Below are positions 19,624-30,105 of a stretch of 64,000 bases of DNA, piece by piece (positions within the stretch are counted from its first letter, which is position 1; each line of letters starts with the position of its first letter). The stretch lies in the IMG/VR virus record IMGVR_UViG_3300037502_001322, positions 39,676 through 103,675 of that record; one strand, written 5' to 3'. Origin of the DNA: a virus. The notes below the pieces were generated by a model. It worked only from the letters and a program-made list of their open reading frames with translations, did no database searches and had not been told where the DNA came from. Made by a program: the position numbers and the translations under genes.

Positions 19624-20073
19624 TTACTTTTTATACCTAAACCTATTAGCGCAACTGATTGAACAGAAAGGGCCATTATTACTTCTAGAATATTTTTGGT
19701 CCTTACTTAGTACAAATTCTTTTCCACAATAACAACAAGGTTTGATTACATCAGGACTTCTTTTTCTGACCCGCTTAGAACCCTTTGATATATAAAAAAG
19801 ACACTGGTCTTTTTTAGAAACTACTTTTAAATTCTGAATATCGAAATTATCTAAATTTCCATCAAGATGCACCACACCTTCACTGTTTTTAAGTTTTCTT
19901 TGTAAGAAACTTTCTACTATAGCTTTAGAATAGGACACCTGTTTATTCTTCTTAGGGGAAGAATAAAGGTATACATAAACCCAACCATCAGACCTTTTAT
20001 AGGGACCGCTTACAGATTTATATTCAGGCCACAGCTCTAAAAGGTCTTCAACTATAACCAGATTTTCCATCAC
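19624..20073 (-). CDS. HNH-type endonuclease-like protein with C-terminal zinc finger
   Basis: VVHLDGNLDN....NL; C..CGKEF..FCS.SC. Confidence 0.7.
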   Translation of the reverse strand: MMENLVIVEDLLELWPEYKSVSGPYKRSDGWVYVYLYSSPKKNKQVSYSKAIVESFLQRKLKNSEGVVHLDGNLDNFDIQNLKVVSKKDQCLFYISKGSKRVRKRSPDVIKPCCYCGKEFVLSKDQKYSRSNNGPFCSISCANRFRYKK

Positions 20074-20432
20074 TATTCTCCTATATCTTTAAGGTTAGAA
20101 TGTTCATCCCAAGAATTAGCACCACTATCATCACAAAGATTCCCGTGAACATATTCAGGTTGGTAGGTTGTATCATAAGCAGCACTCAAACAACCTGAAC
20201 ATAAGTCTTCACCTAATTGTGCCACAACAAATCGTTTACCGCAAGCCTGACAACTAAAATAAAACCCATTCTTTTCTTTGTTAGATTCGTGCTTGTACTT
20301 AATTGTTAGACCACGTTCTTTAGTTCGTTTGCTAATCTTAGGTTCAATCACAACTTCATCATCAATATAATCATTAATTGTTTCATTACCAATATCTACT
20401 ATTTCTTTAACTTGTTTTTCATTATCTTGCAT
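20073..20432 (-). CDS. Hypothetical zinc-binding protein
   Basis: CxxC..CxxC. Confidence 0.55.
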   Translation of the reverse strand: MQDNEKQVKEIVDIGNETINDYIDDEVVIEPKISKRTKERGLTIKYKHESNKEKNGFYFSCQACGKRFVVAQLGEDLCSGCLSAAYDTTYQPEYVHGNLCDDSGANSWDEHSNLKDIGE

Positions 20433-20520
20433 CAGTCCCTTCTTTAAAATTAGTTGATTAATTTAACATATGTTTAATCTATCATAGAAGAATTCAAAAT
20501 GCAAGATAAATATTCAATTA

Positions 20521-20985
20521 TCAGTTAAATTTGAAATCTTCGCATGTGTAACAAGCTGCTAAGTTATCACCCTTCTTGCATTTAGCTCTTGCTTCTCTCC
20601 ATTTAGATTTCTGTTCGTACTCGTAGTCATGAACTTTCTTATAGTTCTCTTCGAAATTACCTAACATTGTTTCATCTAAATTATACCTGTTACCTTCATT
20701 TATTTTCTCAATAAGATCTTTAAACTTTTTAGTGTTATATTTGTACCAAGTATTCTTACCCTTAACTCTCCACTTACCTTTCGGTGTGATTATAAACTTA
20801 TCAAACAGTACAAACTGATTAGGCACTGTGTACTCACAGACGTTTTCAGGTTTAACACCACACAGTAAGCTGAGAATCTTAATACTCTCAGTTCGAACGT
20901 AAGACACATCTTTATCGAAGTAATGTTCTTCTAAATAAATTTGATGTTTCACATATTTAGTTACCATTCTCTCTAATTCAGTCAT
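20521..20985 (-). CDS. Hypothetical protein
   Basis: SD AAGGAG; KWRVKGK..WY motif. Confidence 0.6.
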   Translation of the reverse strand: MTELERMVTKYVKHQIYLEEHYFDKDVSYVRTESIKILSLLCGVKPENVCEYTVPNQFVLFDKFIITPKGKWRVKGKNTWYKYNTKKFKDLIEKINEGNRYNLDETMLGNFEENYKKVHDYEYEQKSKWREARAKCKKGDNLAACYTCEDFKFN

Positions 20986-21001
20986 ATCATTTAATCTCCT
21001 T

Positions 21002-22360
21002 TTAATGCTTCTTGTCTATTTTGCAATTCTTATCTGTCTTTAGAACATCTTTATAAGCTTCTCGCATTGTTTCACGGAGCATATCTTCGAGGTGTGCTTT
21101 GACCACGAAACTATCATGCCAAGGAAGGCATATTTCATTTTCCCACAAAAATTTATCCATAATGATTTCAGCAATTTTGCTGTCTATCATCTGAAATTTA
21201 ACACCAACATCCTCAAAGAAGTAATCAGAGATCCTATAATTCAAATCCATAAGCTCTTGACAAATTCTTTTAGTTGATATAGGCCCATCTATCCCATAAT
21301 ACCAACAATTTTCAAGATCCTTCCTATTCCCAGAAATCCATTTAGATTTTCTTTCTTTGCCTATTTCAAACCCTAATGCTCCTGCTGCTTGCTCAATACT
21401 TCCGCTATTGAAACAACACAACAATGCAAACTTACATACATTCCTGAAAGGATCGTAATTAGGTTGGTTAAATTCTTTTCTGAAACTATTAACCTTATTT
21501 TCATCAATGGGTATCAATGATTTGTTAGTAAGACTGTAAGGTTTAAACCCGTCAGGCATTTTATACCCAATCAACTCATAAGCAATACTAGCATGTAAAG
21601 ATGAATAGTCAAGTTCAACAGTAGGTTCATCATCAATCTTAATTAATGGTCTAACTAAAGAACTTATAGTTTGAAGCTTCCCTGTGGTATCATAGAACCT
21701 ACCACCTTTGGTAATATCTTCAGTAAACACACGCTTGTATGAAAGAAGAGGAAGTGTATGTTCACCAAGAGAAATCTTAGTATGCATTAGTTGTTCATTC
21801 TGTTTATCTACCACTCTACGAATCTCCTCTATACCCTTAACACCTTTGGTGGATTTATTAACTTTAGTTTTTCTTTCCCTAATCTCTACACTTTCTATAC
21901 CTTCAAGAAGGTTAACTTTACCTTGTTTAAGATTATCCCATAGTGCTATATACGATTCATTCATTACTGTTACACTGGGTTTAAACTTAATTGCTCTACC
22001 CTTAGCATTGTACTCTACAACACCACCTTTTTCAATAGTAACATAGCCTATATCCTCAAGAATATCTAAGAGAGCTACCATTCTACTATAAGCTAATCCT
22101 TGTTTGTTGTGACTATATTTATTCTTCATTAAAGGGATAATCAAAGATTTAGCATTACCTTTTAATGCTCTTGCTGTGTTAGTTACTAAAGACCTTACTT
22201 CTTTCTCATACTTCTTACTTGAAACAGAAATAAGGTGCATAACTACACTCTCATACCATCTACTCTTATTGTAGAATAAATTAAAGTGAGTAGAATAAAA
22301 GAACATATAACTATAATTATCTTCAAACTCTATCTTATCTTTGTTTATATTCACATTCAA
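21002..22360 (-). CDS. Compact A-family polymerase / single-subunit RNAP-like protein
   Basis: GGRFY..LQ.I...R, motif A VELDYSSLH, motif B R...K..L, Q..DS, motif C WHDSF; no exonuclease domain. Confidence 0.65.
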   Translation of the reverse strand: MNVNINKDKIEFEDNYSYMFFYSTHFNLFYNKSRWYESVVMHLISVSSKKYEKEVRSLVTNTARALKGNAKSLIIPLMKNKYSHNKQGLAYSRMVALLDILEDIGYVTIEKGGVVEYNAKGRAIKFKPSVTVMNESYIALWDNLKQGKVNLLEGIESVEIRERKTKVNKSTKGVKGIEEIRRVVDKQNEQLMHTKISLGEHTLPLLSYKRVFTEDITKGGRFYDTTGKLQTISSLVRPLIKIDDEPTVELDYSSLHASIAYELIGYKMPDGFKPYSLTNKSLIPIDENKVNSFRKEFNQPNYDPFRNVCKFALLCCFNSGSIEQAAGALGFEIGKERKSKWISGNRKDLENCWYYGIDGPISTKRICQELMDLNYRISDYFFEDVGVKFQMIDSKIAEIIMDKFLWENEICLPWHDSFVVKAHLEDMLRETMREAYKDVLKTDKNCKIDKKH

Positions 22361-22533
22361 TATAACTCCTATAATCTATCTAATAATATAATCTAATATA
22401 CCAAAAATATAACACACTACCATAGTAATTAGTACACCTACATCGCGTAAACGTATGATACATAAAGGAAAAACACGATTTGATAGGGGGTTATTCTCCT
22501 AAAAACAACTCCCATTAAAGGCTCATCTAACGT

Positions 22534-22767
22534 TCAAGCCGTATCTTCTTTATACTCAAGAATTACGTCTTCTACAGTCAGGTTTAGCTTACCAAGATAC
22601 TCCTCCAACTTATCTACACTGACTCCTTTACCTTCGGTTTGAAACAGAGCGTAAATCTGTTGCCTATAGGTGACTCCGATCAGTTCACCGAACTTAGCTT
22701 GTGACATACCGAGACGATCCATTTCATCCTTCAGTTTACTTACGATAATTTTCTTAATATTGCTCAA
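22534..22767 (-). CDS. XRE-family HTH regulator
   Basis: MSQAKFGELIGV..QQI..L..VSVDKL. Confidence 0.8.
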   Translation of the reverse strand: MSNIKKIIVSKLKDEMDRLGMSQAKFGELIGVTYRQQIYALFQTEGKGVSVDKLEEYLGKLNLTVEDVILEYKEDTA

Positions 22768-22969
22768 ACTTCCTCCAAAACATTAGGTACACACAGTTTA
22801 TAACAAAACAGGTACAATGTAAAGTATTTTATATGTCAACCTTTAGATTGACTTGATTTAGTCTACAACTAACAACAAGCACAGTCAAGCCAAATTTCTT
22901 GTTGACACTAAAACAGGTTGCGCTATCTTAAGATAAGTTTCTATAACGATAATATGAAGCGATATGACG

Positions 22970-23055
22970 CATTCTGAGAGATTCTAACAGCAACCCTATA
23001 GGTAGGCTTAGGGTAGGGCATAGAAATCGTTTATGGTGCTGTATAACACGCTTAG
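22970..23055 (+). repeat. Dispersed non-coding repeat, copy A
   Basis: ACCCTATA-N4-GGCTTAGGGTAGG..AATCG; related copies at about 23490-23565 and, inverted, 57735-57796. Confidence 0.55.
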
Positions 23056-23082
23056 TCTTAGCTTAAGGAGAAGGTCTAAGGT

Positions 23083-23436
23083 ATGTTCTATGAAGAGTTT
23101 TATGAACCAAACAGAGTGTGGTTGGATAGTGCAACTTCAGAGAAGGTTTCTAAAGGTGCTTACTTTACTGAGTGGAAGTTCTTGACTGAAGGTAGTGATG
23201 CAATTTTCCATGTTTCTCACAGTCCTGCTACGGTAGTCATAGATTTTGAGAACAACGGTAAATATGGTAGGTTTGTGGCTTGTAATTTCAGAGAAGACCC
23301 TACTAACAGAAAACTACTTGCATTGCAATACTTTGAAGACTGGACTAAACCAACTGAACAAGAGAAAGATTACTTTGAGATGATTTATGGTGTTAGAATT
23401 CCTTGGAGTGTTGACACACCTTTTGTTATGATGTAG
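23083..23436 (+). CDS. PTxEExDY-motif family protein 1
   Basis: YFEDWTKPTEQEKDYFEMIYG; SD AAGGAG. Confidence 0.75.
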   Translation: MFYEEFYEPNRVWLDSATSEKVSKGAYFTEWKFLTEGSDAIFHVSHSPATVVIDFENNGKYGRFVACNFREDPTNRKLLALQYFEDWTKPTEQEKDYFEMIYGVRIPWSVDTPFVMM

Positions 23437-23647
23437 AGTATTGTAGATGTTGTGGCACGTTACCGTGTAGTATAGTAATTTACAGTGCGTTTTAAGAGCT
23501 TCTAACGAGTTACAAAGTATACCCTGTGGGGTTGGGTAGGGTAACAATTAGAAATCGTTTTTAGGTTCATTTTAGCCTGAACAAATGCACGCCAATCTGA
23601 CGTTTAGGTCAGACTCTGGATAATATCCTCATAATTAGGAGACAACT

Positions 23648-23842
23648 ATGGATTTTTATGATAGAAAGAAAATACGAACAGAATATTATTTTAAATTTGT
23701 TTACAAGTGGAAACTAAAAGAATGTGTTGCATGTAATGGTTCTGGATGGTACGATAGTTGTGATAAATACGGTGATAGCATTCCCTGCGGAGCTTGTGAA
23801 GGGACAGGCAAAGAGAGATATAAACCGAGTGAGGAGAAATAA
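23648..23842 (+). CDS. Small DnaJ-type zinc-finger protein
   Basis: Two CxxCxGxG motifs; SD AGGAG. Confidence 0.7.
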   Translation: MDFYDRKKIRTEYYFKFVYKWKLKECVACNGSGWYDSCDKYGDSIPCGACEGTGKERYKPSEEK

Positions 23843-24384
23843 TGACAACAGTAATTATTGATACTAAACGTAAGACTATTTACACTGACTCTCAAGCAAC
23901 AAACCAAAATGGAAGAAAAGAGCAGGTCAACAAGGTTGTTAATTTTCACAATATTGCTGTAACCGGTGCAGGTGACTTGAAAGATTTGCATAATGTAGCA
24001 GAAACAATCCGTAGAAGTTCATTTAGGGTTAGTGATTTTACAGAGCTGTATGAACCTTTTAAATTTAAACCTTTCTTTAACAGTATGAGTAGTATATTCG
24101 TAGTGCAAAGGTTAAGTGAAGATTGTTTTAAGTATTATATCGTACAGCAGGAAGTGAAGAAAACTTGGTACGGTAAACGTAAACCAGTTGTTACCTTGAA
24201 GAAAATAGGTCAAACTTGGTCTTGTGCTTACAATGGTTACTATATAACCGGCTCTGGTGCGAGTTATGCGATTCCTTTGTTGGTTGCAACAGGTTCACCC
24301 AAAACAACAATTCGCGTGATTTCTAAGATTGATGCCAACACAGATGATAATGTTAATTCTTTTTGCTATGAGGATATGACTTAA
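23842..24384 (+). CDS. HslV-like Ntn peptidase, paralog 1
   Basis: N-terminal (M)TT, DSQ.T, conserved K, GAG, TGSG..YA, D.NT. Confidence 0.65.
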   Translation: MTTVIIDTKRKTIYTDSQATNQNGRKEQVNKVVNFHNIAVTGAGDLKDLHNVAETIRRSSFRVSDFTELYEPFKFKPFFNSMSSIFVVQRLSEDCFKYYIVQQEVKKTWYGKRKPVVTLKKIGQTWSCAYNGYYITGSGASYAIPLLVATGSPKTTIRVISKIDANTDDNVNSFCYEDMT

Positions 24385-24609
24385 ATGAACAACCAAACTA
24401 AGACTTACAAACCGATGAACAAAGGTACTAAATCAATTGTTGAAATTATTAATGAATTGAAACAAACAAGTTCACGAAATGAAAAAGAATCTATCCTTAA
24501 ACGTGAAGCTAATGTTAATAACGAAGAACTTAAATATGTTCTTTTTATGACTTATGATCCTTCAGTGAACTTCTATATCAAAAAGTCCGTTCTATCTACG
24601 ATTGTGTGA
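24385..24609 (+). CDS. lig: ATP-dependent DNA ligase, N-terminal fragment
   Basis: IINEL..TSSRNEK..IL..L..V..TYDP..FYIKK resembles the T4-type ligase N-terminus; frame breaks near 24585. Confidence 0.75.
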   Translation: MNNQTKTYKPMNKGTKSIVEIINELKQTSSRNEKESILKREANVNNEELKYVLFMTYDPSVNFYIKKSVLSTIV

Positions 24610-25769
24610 CTGCTATTAAAGCTATTGAGGAAGTTATTTGTTCACGATCTAAGACAGGACAAGAAGCTATTGATTATCTTAAAATGGTACTGAGTAACAC
24701 AATCCCAGAAGAGGTTAAGATTGTCGAGTCTGTCGTGAAACGTGACATTGATTGTGGAATTCAAGAAGGATCTATCAACAAAGTGTTTAAAGGTTTGATT
24801 AATAAACCACCATATATGAGTTATTCTTTGTTTAGTGAGAAACTTATTAAAGACTTTAAGTTGCCTTGTTACTCTGAGGTTAAACAAGATGGTGTTTATG
24901 CTGATGTTATTGTAACATCTGATAACATAATTTATATATCTCGTGCAGGTAAAGAGTTTAAATTCAAACTACCAACACACATTGAACAAGAGTTACAGTC
25001 GTTTACTGAAGTCGGTTCTATCTGTGGACAATCTTATGTTCTTCAAGGAGAATTTCTTGTTCTGAAAGAAGATGGTTCAGGTTATGAAGAGAGGACTATC
25101 GGAAATGGTTATCTGAATAGTGATTCAACTGATCCTGAACGAATTGTGTTCGAGTGTTGGGATGTTGTTAGTCTTTCTAAATATAATAAACGTAAATCTG
25201 AGGTTCCTTATAAATTACGTACAATGATGGTTTTGGCAATCGTAGGTAACGTTAATTCTAAACATCTAAAACGAGTAGAACAAAAGTGGTGTGAAACTAC
25301 ACAAGATTTGATTGATCATTTTGTTGAGTGCAGACAGAAAGGTCTTGAAGGGACTGTGGTGAAGCAACCTGATATGCCTTGGAAAGACCACAAGACTAAG
25401 ATGGGTCTAAAGCTCAAGAATCAATTCGATTGTGAGTATATTATCACTGGTGTTCAGGAACACTCTAAGAAGAAAAATCAAGTAGGAGCATTGCTTGTCG
25501 AATCTTCTTGTGGTAAAGTGAAGTTTAAAGTTGGTTCAGGATTGACGGATAAACAAAGAAAAGATTTCTGGTTGACGCAAGGTGATTTGATTGGTAAGAT
25601 AGTCACTGTTCGTGGCAATGATTTGGTTAGCAGTGAATCTAAAGACACATTTTCTGTTTTTCTTCCACGATTGATTGAGATTCGTGTTGACAAGACTAAA
25701 GCAGATGATTACACTAAGATTGTTGAGTCGAAAGATTCTATTCTTGAGTTGTTGAGAAAAGTAAAATAA
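24606..25769 (+). CDS. lig: ATP-dependent DNA ligase, catalytic part
   Basis: EVKQDG, LQGEF, FECWD, EGTVVK, KLK, VGSG, FLPR...R.DK. Confidence 0.9.
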   Translation: MTAIKAIEEVICSRSKTGQEAIDYLKMVLSNTIPEEVKIVESVVKRDIDCGIQEGSINKVFKGLINKPPYMSYSLFSEKLIKDFKLPCYSEVKQDGVYADVIVTSDNIIYISRAGKEFKFKLPTHIEQELQSFTEVGSICGQSYVLQGEFLVLKEDGSGYEERTIGNGYLNSDSTDPERIVFECWDVVSLSKYNKRKSEVPYKLRTMMVLAIVGNVNSKHLKRVEQKWCETTQDLIDHFVECRQKGLEGTVVKQPDMPWKDHKTKMGLKLKNQFDCEYIITGVQEHSKKKNQVGALLVESSCGKVKFKVGSGLTDKQRKDFWLTQGDLIGKIVTVRGNDLVSSESKDTFSVFLPRLIEIRVDKTKADDYTKIVESKDSILELLRKVK

Positions 25770-25779
25770 GGAGAATAAT

Positions 25780-27787
25780 ATGTCTTGGAATTATCGGGTT
25801 GTTTTGGAAGAGGTCAAGGAAGAGCCTCTTAAAGATTGGTTTTACGCTTCAATCTATGAAGTCTACTATGACAAACAAGGAAAACCAGAAGGTTGCACCA
25901 CTAAACCTATCTTGAGTGGAACAGAAGCTCTAACTCAGAAAGATGCTATACTGGAATTGAAAGATTCTCTTGATCTGATGTTGAGTGCTTTTGATAAACC
26001 ATTGTTTGAAATTCCTGAAGATTGGGACAATAAGGAGTGAGTCATGAATCATAAAGAAGGGTGTGAATGGAAGGATGTTTACTTTTCTGTCTACAAAGAA
26101 AGTGATTATGGTCCTGACATGCAATTGACCGTTACTGAAGATTCTATTCAATACGACACTGATGTAAATAGAAGTACAGAAGACTACATTTACATAGGTT
26201 TTAAATTCTGTCCTTTGTGTGGATGTAATTTGAAAGAGGAATAAATTATGGTTCCGGGAGCACCAATGCCTTATGGGTTGTCTGATGATAACAGTGTAGT
26301 CACTACCACAGGCACTTCTCAACCTAAAGTGAAAGAATGTATTGTCGTGGAAGATAAAACTTACTGTGAAGTTAGTCCACATAATGGTGACGCTGAACTA
26401 ACGTTAACTGGAGTAGCTTTGATTGTTGTTTTAGTTGTAGCTTGTGCATTTGTTCTTCTATCGGGGCTACTAAGTAGCATGTATGACAATCCAACATATG
26501 ATATTACTAAAGACCCAAAGTGGCAGCAACACATGAAAGATTATGTAAACAAGTTTTCAAACAAGGGGAAATAATGAATACTTAAAGATTGATTTCCCAA
26601 TTCAATAGAAAGAGTTAGTATATTTGTATTAACTAATCACAGGGTTTTATTATGAATGAGGTAATGAAAGTAGGTTACTATGTTGGTAGGATTGTTAAAC
26701 TTAGAAATAAAAGAGCATTAGTGAGATGTAATGTAAAGAAAGTTAATGGGTGTCTAGCTCAGTTTGACGAAACTAGCCTTGAGATAGAAGGGGATGTGAT
26801 GTGTTACGGTTGGCACAATTTTAAACTTACAGATTTTAGATTCCCTTTGAATGAAAATCCTCCGGGAGGTTATTTTAAATAAAAGAGGGGTTAAATAATG
26901 AATAAAGCAAAGAGAGGTTTGAGTCTGTGGTTTGCAATGATTGGTGGTTTTATGATGATGTTCTGTGTTATGAACTTTGCAGGATTCGGATTTGAATCGG
27001 AGCATGGAGGGTTTGTTTGGTTGATTCTTGGAACATACTCTTTCTATCGAGCCAAAGAAGAGTATAACCTTGAGATTAAAACTTTTCACGAATAAATAAG
27101 GAGAATTTCTGATGGACAAATCTTCTGTTATTTTCTATAGTGATAAGCAAGAAGAGTACTTCGACATTCTTAATTATGAAGGATGGTTGTTTGATTCTCA
27201 ACACAGCAACGGCGTTATCATTATGGTTAAACTTGGTGAAAATGATGAAGGAATCTGTGTAGATGCTGATTGTTATATTCAGAAGGATGGTTCTGTAACT
27301 TATAACGATTTTGATTTCTGAGGACAACTGTATGTGCTCTTCAAAACAGTTTGATTGCATGAAATACGAACAACAACTTGACTCTTATTCAAGGTCAAAC
27401 CGTGATAGGGTTAAACAATCAATAAGAACAGATATGAAGAAAGAACCGGGGTTGAGTGGCTTGCATTTGAATTCAGCTATGAGTATAATTAATGTTCCAA
27501 CTGTGGAGGAAGAAGATATGACAAATAAAGTAGAACTCGTGCTTTCCAAGCATCTTGATGGACAAGAAAATACATATAATCTTGTAGGGTTGACTCAGCA
27601 ACAAGTAGATGAACTTTATCTGGTGCTCGGGTATGTCGTCCCTCGTAATAACTCACTTCTTGATATTTGTGGTGTTCTTGAGAATAATGTCTCTGATAGC
27701 AACTTTGAAGCATTTAATAAAATTAAAGTCAAACCAGACCCTGATTTTCCACAATATTTTAACATTGTGTTTGATTGGGAAGTTTGA
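25780..27787 (+). CDS. Run of small hypothetical genes (25780-26040, 26044-26244, 26248-26574, 26652-26882, 26898-27095, 27112-27321, 27311-27787)
   Basis: Co-oriented, tightly packed ORFs, mostly with SD sequences; MSWNYRV motif in the first. Confidence 0.55.
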
Positions 27788-27824
27788 GAGAGATAAGTTA
27801 ATAAATATTTAAGGAGAATGTTGC

Positions 27825-28502
27825 TTGAAAAATAATAAATTTGATTTTGTTCGTGACACTAATCATCATCTGGATGCATTTCTTGATATGGGTGAAGTTG
27901 ACCTGACTGAAGAACTTGCAGACGTAGTTAAGTTCAATATGATTGCATCTAATGGTTTGATGGACAAATCTCCAAAAAAGTTTGAACTTCAACGAAAACT
28001 TGTTCTTGAGGAAGTAGATGAAACCATTGCTGCACTAATCGACAACAATCTTGTTGAAATTGCTGATGGACTTTGTGATGTTTTTGTAACAGCAGGTTTT
28101 GAAGAAGTTATGAACGGACGAATAGTTGAAGATATTTATGGTTATAAGATGTCCAAAGGCTCATTCCTTGTTTCAGCAACAATGTTGTATGAAGAAGATA
28201 ACGTGTTTCCTGTGGTGTGTTCTATGATTGCTTCTATGAAGAACGGTAAAGAAATGCTTCAAGAAGTTAATCGATCCAACTTGAGTAAATTTGAGAAATA
28301 CCACCCAGAGATGGAACAAGATTTTGATTTAGAATGTAAACAGATTGAAGAACGAAGCAAAGGTCGTTATACTGGTGTTGCTTGGTCTGTGACTGAATAC
28401 GATGGTACTAAGTACGTTGTGTATAAAGATTCAAAAGGAAAGATTATGAAACCTACTTGTTTCAAAGAACCTAACATCAAACAATACATTTATATTAAAT
28501 AA
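27825..28502 (+). CDS. MazG/PRA-PH-like nucleotide pyrophosphohydrolase
   Basis: EEVDE..EIADGLCD; EV.RSN.SK; GKIMKP..F.EP. Confidence 0.8.
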   Translation: MKNNKFDFVRDTNHHLDAFLDMGEVDLTEELADVVKFNMIASNGLMDKSPKKFELQRKLVLEEVDETIAALIDNNLVEIADGLCDVFVTAGFEEVMNGRIVEDIYGYKMSKGSFLVSATMLYEEDNVFPVVCSMIASMKNGKEMLQEVNRSNLSKFEKYHPEMEQDFDLECKQIEERSKGRYTGVAWSVTEYDGTKYVVYKDSKGKIMKPTCFKEPNIKQYIYIK

Positions 28503-28511
28503 GGAGATCTT

Positions 28512-28757
28512 ATGTTTGCAAAGCTGTTTAACGAAACATCTTATGGTCAAATCTTGGTTAAAATTGATCAGAATGACGAAGGTTATCCTGAAATAAGAAC
28601 TTACTTTGAACCAAAAGGACTAGGTGTTTGTAGTTTAGCTTTGAGTTATGAAGATTCTGATGAAGGCTGGGATCAAGCTGAATTAGTGTTTGAGAAGTTT
28701 GAAGTAGAGCAAGCAGAAAAGATTGTTGAATCAGCCCTTAATAGTATTAAACAATAA
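28512..28757 (+). CDS. Hypothetical protein
   Basis: SD AAGGAG; FAKLF..GQILV motif. Confidence 0.65.
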   Translation: MFAKLFNETSYGQILVKIDQNDEGYPEIRTYFEPKGLGVCSLALSYEDSDEGWDQAELVFEKFEVEQAEKIVESALNSIKQ

Positions 28758-28770
28758 GGAGAATATAACA

Positions 28771-29064
28771 ATGACTAAAGATCTAATTTCCACCATCCCT
28801 TCCGACACCCAAGAACGTAAACGTCTGCAAGGTGTCATTAATGAATTGGTTGACTCTATGATGCGAGAAGCTGATGAAAAGGAGAATCAGAAAACTATTG
28901 TTGCTGTAGAAAAAGAAGATAAAGATTACTGTCCCAAATTCATTAAATATCTTGCTAAGATGGAATTTGATAATCGTTACGCTGCTGAGAAAGCTCGTCG
29001 GGCACTTGAAGAGAAGGTTGAGCAACTAACTGAACTTGATATTCTAATGGGTCGTTCTAACTAA
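28771..29064 (+). CDS. DsbA/GapR-like dsDNA-binding protein
   Basis: ATG at 28771 with SD AAGGAG; L...I.E..DSM.R...E helical pattern. Confidence 0.5.
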   Translation: MTKDLISTIPSDTQERKRLQGVINELVDSMMREADEKENQKTIVAVEKEDKDYCPKFIKYLAKMEFDNRYAAEKARRALEEKVEQLTELDILMGRSN

Positions 29065-29132
29065 TAAACTGATGCTGGTAGTAATTATAACCGCCTGAAA
29101 TATGGCGGTTTTGTTTTAAGTTAGGAGGTTTA

Positions 29133-30092
29133 TTGACTAACAATTCAATTTGCATTATTGACGGAGACCTTATTGCGTTTAAGGCTTCTGCGGCAAATGA
29201 AACACGAACCGTACAAGCTAAACACGAACCTTCTGGAAGAGCTAAAATATTCAAACACAGAACTGAATTTAAACAGTCTGTTGATACTGAAAAGTTTCCT
29301 TTAGAATCTTTCACTATCACAGATATTCAAGAAGCAAATGATATATCTGAAGCTTTGCACACAGCTAAGAAAATGATTGAAAGTATTTGTAAAGCGTGTC
29401 ATACTGATAAATATGAGATATATCTCTCAGGTAATGATAACTTCCGTGACAGACTTCCTCTTCCTTCTAAGTATAAAGGGGTTCGTGAAGGATTAATCAG
29501 ACCATTACAATTAACTGAAGTAAAAAACTACTTGATTAAACACCACAATGCTGTTACAGTTAATGGAGAAGCTGATGATATGCTTTCTATTAGGAAATAT
29601 GAAGGTATTCAAACAAACACTAAAATCATTGGATGTTCTACCGATAAAGATGACAATGGCGCATCGGGTTGGTCTTACAATTGGGACACAATGACTGAAC
29701 CCATGTTGATTGAAGGTCTTGGTAAATTATATTTAGATGAAAAAGGTAAGGTACGTGGCTACGGAGATAAATGGAAATATTTTCAATGGATTGTTGGAGA
29801 CAAGATTGATGGACTAAATCCTTGTGAACTTGCAGGAATCAGGTTTGGAGACAAGGGAGGTTATAAGGCTCTTGTTGACCTTGAAACAGATGAAGAGTGT
29901 TGGAAAGCAGTTCACGATCTTTACCTGAAATGGTACCCTGAACCCGTTAATTATGTAGACCAGACTGGGGTAGAAAGAAATGCTGATTATATAGACCTTG
30001 CACAAGTCTACTGGAATGGAGTACATATGTTACGGTGGGAAGGAGATAATGTTGATATTCGAAGTAAAATGAAAAAGTTAGGTTTAATCTAA
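29133..30092 (+). CDS. 5'-3' exonuclease (flap endonuclease family)
   Basis: IIDGD, NFR, YKG.R, EADD, DKD, GD..D. Confidence 0.85.
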   Translation: MTNNSICIIDGDLIAFKASAANETRTVQAKHEPSGRAKIFKHRTEFKQSVDTEKFPLESFTITDIQEANDISEALHTAKKMIESICKACHTDKYEIYLSGNDNFRDRLPLPSKYKGVREGLIRPLQLTEVKNYLIKHHNAVTVNGEADDMLSIRKYEGIQTNTKIIGCSTDKDDNGASGWSYNWDTMTEPMLIEGLGKLYLDEKGKVRGYGDKWKYFQWIVGDKIDGLNPCELAGIRFGDKGGYKALVDLETDEECWKAVHDLYLKWYPEPVNYVDQTGVERNADYIDLAQVYWNGVHMLRWEGDNVDIRSKMKKLGLI

Positions 30093-30105
30093 TAGGAGAA
30101 AATAA

